A stretch of DNA of 64,000 nt, from contig JBDXGZ010000018.1 of NCBI GenBank assembly GCA_039989855.1, positions 35,415-99,414 of the forward strand, in the 5' to 3' direction. The DNA comes from Maricaulaceae bacterium. GTDB lineage: Bacteria > Pseudomonadota > Alphaproteobacteria > Caulobacterales > Maricaulaceae. This document shows positions 56,967-64,000 of this stretch, in pieces. The notes under the pieces are model-generated. The model was not told where the DNA came from, did no database searches, and saw only the letters and a list, made by a program, of their open reading frames with translations. The position numbers and the translations under genes were made by a program. Within the stretch, counting starts at the first letter, position 1. Each line of letters opens with the position of its first letter.

Positions 56967-57260
56967 TTACATGGAGCTAAAAAGGCTCTGTAAGCCCATC
57001 GCAACGGACATGTCACCGTCTACTTTAAGCTTGCCAGACATAAAGGCCATCATCGGATCAAGATCACCGCCTGCCATGGCGATGAAGTCATCTTTTGCAA
57101 CGCTAATCGTACAATCAGCGTCTTCATCAGAGGCCGTCGCTTCTGTACCAGAGGCAAAAACTTGACCATCATCACCAAAGTTAAATTTGACAGATTTGTC
57201 AAGACCACCACTAGATCCGAGGGCTTCGTTCATTTTTGCAATAATATCATCAAGGCTCAT
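56967..57260 (-). CDS. SCP2 (sterol carrier protein 2) domain protein
   Basis: 97 aa. KFNFGDDG..., DCTISVAKDDFIAMAGGDLDPMMAFMSGKLKVDGDMSVAM is the classic SCP2 C-terminal pattern. Confidence 0.75.
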   Translation of the reverse strand: MSLDDIIAKMNEALGSSGGLDKSVKFNFGDDGQVFASGTEATASDEDADCTISVAKDDFIAMAGGDLDPMMAFMSGKLKVDGDMSVAMGLQSLFSSM

Positions 57261-57368
57261 AATTATTCCTTTCACTAAAGATTAAGGTCTTATGCCGCGA
57301 GAAAGGCGTTAAGGCCAGAAAAAATTCAGCCTTAACTATCATGCATGACGGCTATATAAAATTCACGT

Positions 57369-58244
57369 CTAGAGCGGCTTGCGGAACTTAAGGGTTGCGC
57401 GGTCGCTTTCGCCGATATTTTTGAAATACTCTGGATTAAACCCTTCAGGGGCTGGACGTCTCTCATTGCCCGTAAAAGAAGCAGGGGGTAGCGTCCAGAC
57501 ACCAAAAGGATGGTCTGCTGTGTCTTTCGGGTTCGCATTCACTTCGCTAGAGGCAACAAATTCAAATCCCGCCTCAATCGCCTGAGCCTTCATAAAGCTC
57601 TCTTGCACATAACCTGTTGACCCTTTTGGGTTTTGCTCAGCAGATTCTGGGAGGCGATGTTCAACAACACCTAAAATTCCGCCCGGCTTAAGCGCTTTAT
57701 AAAACGCGCCGTACGCTTCAACGCCGTACTCACCACCCATCCAATTATGAACATTTCGGAAAGTCACAACAACGTCAAGCGAGTTGGGCTCAACAATATC
57801 ATAATAGTCTTTAGCAAATGCTCCAAATTCCATATCTCCATAAACTGACGCATCAGAGTATGTCTCTTTAAAAGCTGCATTTCGATCATCATTTCGATCG
57901 CTCAAGCCATCTGGCCTTAAAACAGCCACATAGGTCCCGCCATTTTCCGCAAGGTAAGGTGCAATCGCATTCGTATACCAACCGGGCCATATTTCAGCGA
58001 CCTTTTTACCCGGACCAACTTCGAAAAACTCAAGCGTTCCTTTCGGGTTGCGGAATTGATCACGTTTGGCTTGTTTAGCACGACGTGGGTGTGCAAGCAC
58101 ATCATCAAGAGACACGGTCGCAACCTTAGGAGCTTCAGCCTCTGTGACTGGAGCAGATGTCTCCGATGATGGGGAACAAGCTGTGAGCCCCGCTACAAGT
58201 ACTAACGATAAAGCCGTCATCGATATTTTTTTAGTCATAGTCAT
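57369..58244 (-). CDS. Exported (lipobox) class I SAM-dependent methyltransferase-like protein
   Basis: Lipobox VAGLTAC. Core VAEIWPGWYTNAIAPYL...GILGVVEH resembles COG4798-type predicted methyltransferases. GGGAG RBS before ATG 58244. Confidence 0.55.
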   Translation of the reverse strand: MTMTKKISMTALSLVLVAGLTACSPSSETSAPVTEAEAPKVATVSLDDVLAHPRRAKQAKRDQFRNPKGTLEFFEVGPGKKVAEIWPGWYTNAIAPYLAENGGTYVAVLRPDGLSDRNDDRNAAFKETYSDASVYGDMEFGAFAKDYYDIVEPNSLDVVVTFRNVHNWMGGEYGVEAYGAFYKALKPGGILGVVEHRLPESAEQNPKGSTGYVQESFMKAQAIEAGFEFVASSEVNANPKDTADHPFGVWTLPPASFTGNERRPAPEGFNPEYFKNIGESDRATLKFRKPL

Positions 58245-58355
58245 ATACCACTCCCATTGGTTCATTACAATTTAAGAACTGGATAGGCACGATTTGTCTC
58301 AGGTGCAAGGCTAAAGCCTTTCTGTAATCTGACATTTTCGTCATATATCCACCCC

Positions 58356-58383
58356 CTTGATCCTAAAATAATCATTCCTACTT
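58356..58383 (+). promoter_or_regulatory. Candidate sigma32-type heat-shock promoter (CTTG-N17-CCTAC-T-T)
   Basis: Matches 4 of 5 positions of the alphaproteobacterial CTTG-N17-CYTAT-N-T pattern. It would give a ~110-nt leader for the hsp20 gene. Confidence 0.3.
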
Positions 58384-58480
58384 GAATAGTAGAGACGCCG
58401 TAATGGGTCTCATATTTGAAACGGGATCGCCCATTTGGGGATCCTCAACATTGACCAACCACACTCTGGTGTGACGCACA

Positions 58481-58504
58481 TTGCTTTTAAAAGGATGACT
58501 TATG
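58481..58504 (+). promoter_or_regulatory. Possible ROSE-like RNA thermometer segment (UUGCU opposite the AAGGA Shine-Dalgarno)
   Basis: TTGCT at 58481-58485, AAGGA at 58491-58495, ATG at 58502. A CACAC-TCTG-GTGTG hairpin lies at 58460-58473. Confidence 0.25.
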
Positions 58505-58984
58505 CGAAACTATGATTTTTCCCCCCTATACCGCTCTTTTGTTGGGCTTGACCGAATGGCCGGCCTCATTGACGCCGCGAGCCAACAGGTTGACGCCAAC
58601 AAATCTTACCCTCCTTATAATGTCGTACAAATTGGCGAAGACGCCTACCGTATTGACCTCGCTGTCGCAGGATTTTCCGAGGACGACATCGACATAGAAA
58701 GCCACGAGAGCGTTCTGACAGTAACGGGCCACAAAGCCCCGATTGAAAGTGATGATGATATGCAATATCTCCACCGCGGGATTGCTGAACGTGGGTTTGA
58801 GCGTCGATTCCAGCTTGCCGATCATGTTATAATTGAAGGCGCAGACTTGAAAAACGGACTGCTGAGCCTCTCGCTTCGTCGCGAACTGCCGGATGCCTTA
58901 AAGCCGCGTAAGATAAAGATAGGCGAGAAATCTAAACAAAGTTTAATCAATTCGTCACCAAGCCGTAAAGGTAAGGCTGCGTAA
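58502..58984 (+). CDS. Hsp20/alpha-crystallin small heat-shock protein (IbpA-like)
   Basis: MRNYDFSPLYRS start, YPPYNV, alpha-crystallin core AVAGFSEDDIDIE...GLLSLSL. Confidence 0.9.
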   Translation: MRNYDFSPLYRSFVGLDRMAGLIDAASQQVDANKSYPPYNVVQIGEDAYRIDLAVAGFSEDDIDIESHESVLTVTGHKAPIESDDDMQYLHRGIAERGFERRFQLADHVIIEGADLKNGLLSLSLRRELPDALKPRKIKIGEKSKQSLINSSPSRKGKAA

Positions 58985-59114
58985 TGTATATAAGTGCTTC
59001 TAGTCCTTCCCCTTAGACTGGTCGCTTATAAAGCGGCGTCGTGCTCCTCCCCCTCCCAGTACCACGACGTCGCAATTTTACTGAGGGCAACGCCCTTAAC
59101 TCCATCTCCATGGA

Positions 59115-59149
59115 AAATAAAAAACCGCCTTCAATTAGGCGGTTTTTTT
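59115..59149. terminator. Bidirectional terminator between hsp20 and the DUF1134 gene
   Basis: AAAACCGCCT-TCAATT-AGGCGGTTTT flanked by an A-run and a T-run. Read directly. Confidence 0.8.
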
Positions 59150-59170
59150 AATCAAGATATGTTGCCGCGC

Positions 59171-59815
59171 CTAAAACGGTATCAAAGAGCGGTTTCTCGT
59201 ATAGCTCGTATAACCGATATTTGCGCCCAAACGCACGCCAACACCGGCACGAACCGGCGCCAGGGTTACGCCGTTCGCTCTCTGGTAATTTACAGCCATG
59301 CCCGCAACAAGGTAAGCGCTTCCCTCAGCCCCTGGAAAGCGTTGAAAGATATATTCAGCGTCCTTAAGATTATAGACTAAAGTGAAAACCTTCGAGGCTT
59401 CCGCCCCAACATCAAAGCCAATTGTTGGCCCTTGCCAGTAAATGTTTTTTGTATCGCCATTTTTCATCCAAAGCGTGCCCTTACCGTAACGTGCACCAAT
59501 GGTGAGGGCCCCGCCCCCTTCTTCACCCGTAATATAACCAACAGGGCGGCCTTGTTCTCTAAATAATCTTTCAATCGCGCTCGCCGCCGATTCTGATGTC
59601 ACGCCGAGGTGCGTTGAAATAGCTGATGCTAATTCATTCTCATTAAACGTTTCCGCTTGACCAATATTATTTGCATCTGCCGTTGAGGCATTATTATTCA
59701 CATTTTGATTGCTCGGAGAGCTGGCGCAACCACTCAAAAGCGCAACGCCAGAAACTATCAGAGATAAACATTTAAGTTTGCGTCCAATCATTGTCATCAT
59801 TTTGTCCTGTTTCAT
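59171..59815 (-). CDS. DUF1134-like lipoprotein
   Basis: Lipobox LLSGCAS. GYITGEEGGGALTIGARYGKGTL...YWQGPTIGFDVG...GAEGSAYLVAGM matches my recollection of DUF1134. Confidence 0.6.
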   Translation of the reverse strand: MKQDKMMTMIGRKLKCLSLIVSGVALLSGCASSPSNQNVNNNASTADANNIGQAETFNENELASAISTHLGVTSESAASAIERLFREQGRPVGYITGEEGGGALTIGARYGKGTLWMKNGDTKNIYWQGPTIGFDVGAEASKVFTLVYNLKDAEYIFQRFPGAEGSAYLVAGMAVNYQRANGVTLAPVRAGVGVRLGANIGYTSYTRNRSLIPF

Positions 59816-59910
59816 CTCTATTTACCTCGGCCGATCTCACATTGAACTGACGGATTATGGTTAATAAAATTAAAAGATTTCAAAAATTACACATTACAAA
59901 TTCATTAGAA

Positions 59911-59946
59911 ATAAAAATAAGGGCACGCCACTTAAGGCATGCCCTT
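59911..59946 (-). terminator. Rho-independent terminator of the TonB-dependent receptor gene
   Basis: On the minus strand, AAGGGCATGCC-N6-GGCGTGCCCTT (one mismatch) is followed by a T-rich run ATTTTTATTT. Confidence 0.65.
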
Positions 59947-60001
59947 TAAATTTCATTCGCTCGGAAAAGATAAACCGAAGCGAAAAATAGAGACGGTTCG
60001 C

Positions 60002-62062
60002 TTAAAAAGCAGCCCGAATGTTAAAGCGGAAGTTCCGTCCTGGCAACGGCACAGTATCTTTCAAGAAAGATGCGTGTTGACGCCCATCAGTATCAAAGAG
60101 GTTTTGCACAGATACTGACGCTTTCACATCTTGTGCCTCAATAGGTAAGTTCCATGTGGCAAACAGATTAACGAAAGTGAAGTCATCTGTTGGCAGTTCA
60201 AACTCGGTAATATCGTTTTGTTCCGCCGTATATTCAACTTCGCCTCTGAAACTTAATCTGTCCACATCTACGTCAAAACCTGTCAAAACTGACAAGGGCG
60301 GAATACGTGGAAGGTCTCCACTATCAGTTTCCGCGCTAACATATTCCACAAGGCCATCCCATGAGACCGCCGCATTGCCGAAGGTCGCCACAGGCGAACT
60401 TGCTGCAACTTCAAAGCCGCTAAACTCAGCATCATCACCGACAAATTGGAAGACATCTAAGCCGTCTTCGATTTCGCCTGTTTGAACTTCAAAGATATAA
60501 TCTTCATAGTCCGTGTAGAACGCATTAAGTGTCAAGCGCGCTTCGCCGTAATTAACCCGCAAAGCCGCTTCAACACCCGTTGCCACTTCTTTATCGAGAT
60601 CAACATCACCGATTTCAAATTGGCTTGTGGCTAAATGCGGACCATTGGAGAAAAGCTCTTCTGTTGTTGGTGCGCGTTCCGTACGGAAAACAGTACCGCC
60701 GAGACGAACATTTTCTGTGAAGTGATAATCACCACCAACTGAGGCTGAAATCAAATCAAAGTCACGTTCTACACCAGTGACATCGTTTTCATGATCAGTC
60801 ACTTCATAACGAACAGCGCCTTCAATATGCGCTTGCCCGAAATCAATTTGCTGGAAGGTGTAGATACCATATTGGTCTGTCGTTGAGGGTTCAACAAAAG
60901 CTTCTTCGCCAATCGCTGAGAAATCACGCGTACGGTATTGTACACCGTAGGCGGCTTGCCAGCCATTGTTTTCACGTTGAATGGCTTCAATGCGAACTTC
61001 ACCGCCTTCATTGGTAAATACGGTTCCAACTTCGCCTGGGCCTTCAAACTCAATATGCTCATAATCAGCATACCCACCGAAAACTTGCACTTTTTCGAAG
61101 AAACCGTCGAGTTCAAGGGCTCCGTTTACATCGACACGGAACTGATCTTGATCAATGAAGACCTCTTCTTCGCCTTCTTCCTCTTCGCCCTCTTCTCCGC
61201 CTTCTTCTTCACCTTCTTCTTCCTCATGACCGCCTGGGAGGCCATAAGTGGAATTGAATTGATGAACAGCAACGCCAAAGAACCCACGTTCACCAACATA
61301 GGAAATGCCGCCTGTATAAGAATCGCTCTCAGCAAAAGAATTATCTAATCTTTGACGATCATCATCCTCGTCTGGGTCTTCGCCTTCAGATAAGAGTTGA
61401 ATTTCACTCTCTGGATTACCTGGGATACGGAAATCGCTGCTATCACGGCGAGTCGCATCAAGATGCACAACAATGTTATCGGTTACGCCCCAATCCAGTG
61501 ACGCCGCAGCTTCTTGGCCTGTATCAACGGATGACGCGCCAAAACGAACGGCCCCATCAAGGCCGTCTTCAGGCACACTATCAGGAATACGACCATCAAG
61601 GACATTGATGATCCCACCAGACCCAGAAGAGCCGTAACGTAGCAGCGATGCGCCGCGCAGAACTTCGATGCGCTCAGCCTGTGCTGGCACGGCAGCCACC
61701 GCATGATCGGGTGACGCGGCAGAAGCATCAATAGAGCCAACGCCATTGTTTAAGACGCGAACCCGGTCTCCGCCTTGACCGCGAACGATGGGACGTGACG
61801 CGCCTGCCCCAAAGAAGGTAGATGATAGGCCTGGCTCAGATTTAAGCGTTTCGCCAATGGTCGCGGCCAAACGGTCTTGGAGCTCATCGCCCGTAAGGAC
61901 GGAGACCCCAGTAATCGCCTCGTCTAGCGAACGCGAGAGAGGTGAGCCTGTGACGATGATTTCGTCCTCAGAGCTCGTATTAGTTTGTGCGCTCAAATGT
62001 GGCGCATAAAGGAAAAAGGCGTGAGCCGTACCCAAAAGGGCAATAGATTTAATCGGTGACAT
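60002..62062 (-). CDS. TonB-dependent outer-membrane receptor with an acidic Glu/Gly-rich loop
   Basis: Signal peptide, TonB-box/plug (DEIIVTGSPL), C-terminal NLFDT...RNFRFNIRAAF terminal-Phe barrel motif. Start taken at ATG 62062. Confidence 0.85.
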   Translation of the reverse strand: MSPIKSIALLGTAHAFFLYAPHLSAQTNTSSEDEIIVTGSPLSRSLDEAITGVSVLTGDELQDRLAATIGETLKSEPGLSSTFFGAGASRPIVRGQGGDRVRVLNNGVGSIDASAASPDHAVAAVPAQAERIEVLRGASLLRYGSSGSGGIINVLDGRIPDSVPEDGLDGAVRFGASSVDTGQEAAASLDWGVTDNIVVHLDATRRDSSDFRIPGNPESEIQLLSEGEDPDEDDDRQRLDNSFAESDSYTGGISYVGERGFFGVAVHQFNSTYGLPGGHEEEEGEEEGGEEGEEEEGEEEVFIDQDQFRVDVNGALELDGFFEKVQVFGGYADYEHIEFEGPGEVGTVFTNEGGEVRIEAIQRENNGWQAAYGVQYRTRDFSAIGEEAFVEPSTTDQYGIYTFQQIDFGQAHIEGAVRYEVTDHENDVTGVERDFDLISASVGGDYHFTENVRLGGTVFRTERAPTTEELFSNGPHLATSQFEIGDVDLDKEVATGVEAALRVNYGEARLTLNAFYTDYEDYIFEVQTGEIEDGLDVFQFVGDDAEFSGFEVAASSPVATFGNAAVSWDGLVEYVSAETDSGDLPRIPPLSVLTGFDVDVDRLSFRGEVEYTAEQNDITEFELPTDDFTFVNLFATWNLPIEAQDVKASVSVQNLFDTDGRQHASFLKDTVPLPGRNFRFNIRAAF
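61163..61225 (-). repeat. Low-complexity GAA/GAG/GGN coding tract (EEEEGEEEGGEEGEEEEGEEE)
   Basis: Seen on the plus strand as reiterated CTTCTTC/CTCTTC units inside the receptor gene. Confidence 0.8.
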
Positions 62063-62153
62063 TTTAAAGTCTTTCAATAACAAATAGATAGAAATAGCCC
62101 AAAGCGCCAAACCTTATGTTTGACGTCGTTAGGACGTTAAAAATAGAACTTTG

Positions 62154-62474
62154 TTAGTGAATTGGCGGAGAGCGGCCCGGCGGCGCGCGGCCATCTGGTC
62201 GAAGATATTTTGGGCTCTGCGGGACGCTATATACGAGCTGTGTAATATAGCTCTCAGGCTCGGATATAATCACAACAGGCGGCATAACCACATCCACATC
62301 TGCCGCAATAAACATCACGTCACAGACGACACCGTCATGTTCATGATGCTCACCATTATGCTCAACAGCGTGAGATAGTGTCAGGCTTTGGATTATGAAA
62401 AACGCAGCAAGACATAAGGCTCTAAAGGCAGATCCTTTATGTTTACCGATGGTGTCAAATACCGTTTTAATCAT
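62154..62474 (-). CDS. Small His-rich exported protein (DUF2946-like), upstream of the receptor
   Basis: 106 aa, hydrophobic N-terminal segment, then HAVEHNGEHHEHDGVVCDV. Same strand as the receptor and 91 nt upstream of it. Confidence 0.4.
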   Translation of the reverse strand: MIKTVFDTIGKHKGSAFRALCLAAFFIIQSLTLSHAVEHNGEHHEHDGVVCDVMFIAADVDVVMPPVVIISEPESYITQLVYSVPQSPKYLRPDGRAPPGRSPPIH

Positions 62475-62532
62475 AGCGCGACAGCCTATAGCGGCAGTGA
62501 CGATATAAAGTAAATCGAAAAATACTTGAAGC

Positions 62533-62566
62533 GACGGTTGATCAAATTAGGGGCAGATCAACCGTC
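62533..62566. promoter_or_regulatory. Perfect 11-bp-arm hairpin GACGGTTGATC-N12-GATCAACCGTC in the leader/promoter of the His-rich protein-receptor operon
   Basis: Read directly. Lies 59-92 nt upstream of start codon 62474. On the minus strand a T-run follows after 8 nt. Confidence 0.35.
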
Positions 62567-62753
62567 TTTAAAACTACTTGAAATTATATGGGCAACCACA
62601 AGCAGTTTATCTTCAAATGTAAATTTTGAATACGATATACTGACTTTCAAATAAAACCTATTGATTCTATAGAGTTGATTTGCGAAACCTATCGAACTTA
62701 TATATATCAATATTATACGCACCGCGCATAAAGACATAAACTATGGATATAAA

Positions 62754-63665
62754 ATGAATTTACGTGATCTCGATTATATTTGCGCCGTCGCAAACACGGG
62801 CCACTTTGGTCGTGCGGCAGAGATATGTCACGTCAGCCAACCGACCTTGTCGGGGCAAATAAAAAAGCTTGAGGACTATCTCGGCGTCCCTTTATTTGAG
62901 CGCGCGCGGACTGGGGCCAAACTAACGGATGTAGGGCGAGATATTGTCGCTGTTGCCCGCGCTATTCAAACGGATGTAAAACGTATCAAACTCTTAGCGG
63001 ATACGCATAAAGACCCCTTTTCAGGCACTATGAGCCTTGGCATTATTCCAACATTAGCGCCCAACATCATTCCTTTATTTGTACCAAATATGGCAACAGC
63101 CTTTCCACGCCTGTCGTCACAATTTGAGGAAGACCAAACCCCGCGCTTAACGGAACGACTCGTCGGCGGGAGCCTCGACATTGCTCTCCTCGCGACTCCG
63201 CCAGAGCATGATGCGCTGATACAAGTCCCCATCTTCTCAGAGCCCTTTTGGCTCGCCTACCCAAACGGTCATGCTATCGGCACATTAGACACCCTCACCT
63301 TAGCAGATTTGAATGTTGACGATTTAATGATGCTCAGCGAAGGGCATTGCCTACGCGACCAAGTGCTTGAACTTTGCTCCGTAACAGGGCGACCTGATCA
63401 CGGCTTAAAAGCGGCCAGCCTCGATACGCTAATCAAGCTGACGGCGGCCACGCAAGCCATGACCCTCGTCCCGGCCCTTGCCGTCAAGCCTGAAAGTTTT
63501 AGCGCCCTTGGCCTCTCCGTCAGGCCGATTGACGACGCTGCCGCAAGCCGTATCGTCAGCCTCACCTTCCGCAGCTCTCTGCCGCGCAAAGACCTCGTCG
63601 ACGGCGTTGCTAAACTTATCGTCAGCAACCTCCCCGAAAGCGTCACGCCGCTTTACCGTATTTAA
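62754..63665 (+). CDS. oxyR: LysR-family peroxide sensor OxyR
   Basis: N-terminal LysR HTH (FGRAAEICHVSQPTLSGQIKKLE) and the redox pair context EGHCLRDQVLELC, with the C199/C208 spacing of E. coli OxyR. Confidence 0.85.
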   Translation: MNLRDLDYICAVANTGHFGRAAEICHVSQPTLSGQIKKLEDYLGVPLFERARTGAKLTDVGRDIVAVARAIQTDVKRIKLLADTHKDPFSGTMSLGIIPTLAPNIIPLFVPNMATAFPRLSSQFEEDQTPRLTERLVGGSLDIALLATPPEHDALIQVPIFSEPFWLAYPNGHAIGTLDTLTLADLNVDDLMMLSEGHCLRDQVLELCSVTGRPDHGLKAASLDTLIKLTAATQAMTLVPALAVKPESFSALGLSVRPIDDAAASRIVSLTFRSSLPRKDLVDGVAKLIVSNLPESVTPLYRI

Positions 63666-63670
63666 TTCGT

Positions 63671-64000
63671 TTAAATGTAAAGCTCACCCTTGAGGATGAC
63701 TTGCGCTTGCGCCGAAATTATCAAGCCCTCATTCGGCGTGAAGTTTAAATTCATAAAACCACCCCGCGCGGAGCATTGAAGGGCCCGCATCGAGGTCTTG
63801 CCCAAGCGCGCATACCAATAAGGCGCCAACATAGAATGGGCCGACCCCGTCACAGGGTCTTCATCCGTACCGCTCCACGGCCAGAAATAACGGCTCTCAA
63901 AATCATAGCCCGTTTGATCTGAGCGCGCCGTGACGCAGACCCCGTCAATGCCCGTATGAGACGCGACAAGTGCGCTATAGTCTGGGGTGAGCTTTCGCAA
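63671..64000 (-). CDS. PhzF-family isomerase (3' portion; gene continues beyond the window)
   Basis: DEDPVTGSAHSMLAPYW and a C-terminal ...ISAQAQVILKGELYI pattern typical of PhzF-like proteins. The ORF runs to the window edge. Confidence 0.7.
   Translation of the reverse strand: MRKLTPDYSALVASHTGIDGVCVTARSDQTGYDFESRYFWPWSGTDEDPVTGSAHSMLAPYWYARLGKTSMRALQCSARGGFMNLNFTPNEGLIISAQAQVILKGELYI

Noticed and set aside
58381-58420. Second CTTGAA at 58381 as the sigma32 -35 element, paired with CTCATATTT
   Set aside because: The spacer would be about 22 nt, well outside the 13-17 nt range. The upstream CTTG-N17-CCTAC arrangement fits better.
58994-59380. 128-aa plus-strand ORF downstream of hsp20
   Set aside because: It crosses the bidirectional terminator at 59115-59149 and is antisense to the DUF1134-like gene.
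61163-61225. Reiterated CTTCTTC units as a CRISPR-like or non-coding tandem repeat
   Set aside because: The tract is in frame within the receptor gene and simply encodes poly-Glu/Gly. No spacer-repeat architecture exists anywhere in the window.

Overview
This 64-kb chromosomal segment is most likely from a marine-type alphaproteobacterium (Caulobacterales/Hyphomonadaceae-like). That placement is an inference from gene content and synteny: trpF-trpB..trpA, rpiA-DUF2059-gor, DUF1134, class II DAHP synthase, a Caulobacter-like spt block, and an initiator tRNA with A29:U41.

I support about 58 protein genes at high coding density and one tRNA (initiator Met). I saw no rRNA, CRISPR array, transposase or integrase.

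Housekeeping genes present are gdh, nadE, aroG-type DAHP synthase, gor, rpiA, glmU, acnA, trpFBA, HU, hsp20 and oxyR. They are interleaved with an unusual concentration of membrane-lipid genes:
- (i) 4168-8409: an acyl-ACP synthetase, CerR-like reductase, ACP and serine palmitoyltransferase block, i.e. a ceramide backbone module.
- (ii) 39531-29892, minus strand: a very tightly packed nine-gene operon, possibly ten with the DUF2141 gene. It encodes a GNAT-like N-acyltransferase, two nucleotidyltransferases, a MOP-type flippase, an N-terminally extended CDP-alcohol phosphatidyltransferase, a HAD-IB phosphatase, a GMC oxidoreductase, a cyclopropane-synthase-family methyltransferase and an LpxO/OlsC-like hydroxylase.
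- (iii) 40259-44462: an lptF-lptG operon that continues into a DAGK-fold lipid kinase translationally coupled to a Tam41/Mmp37-like nucleotidyltransferase.

My main hypothesis is an inference, not a demonstration. These three loci together may build, activate (possibly through a CDP-lipid or CDP-alcohol intermediate), decorate and export a complex anionic sphingolipid or a related envelope lipid that has not been described.

Secondary points:
- Three visibly AT-rich accessory patches: a 7TMR-DISM kinase/LuxR pair next to tRNA-fMet, a decayed patch at 27-29 kb, and a solitary AIPR abortive-infection gene.
- A trpB/trpA pair split by a PadR module that carries a clear palindromic operator.
- A TonB-dependent receptor with a poly-Glu/Gly loop, downstream of a His-rich small protein.
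- Several candidate operators and leader hairpins.

All coordinates and motifs were read by eye. No database search was run.
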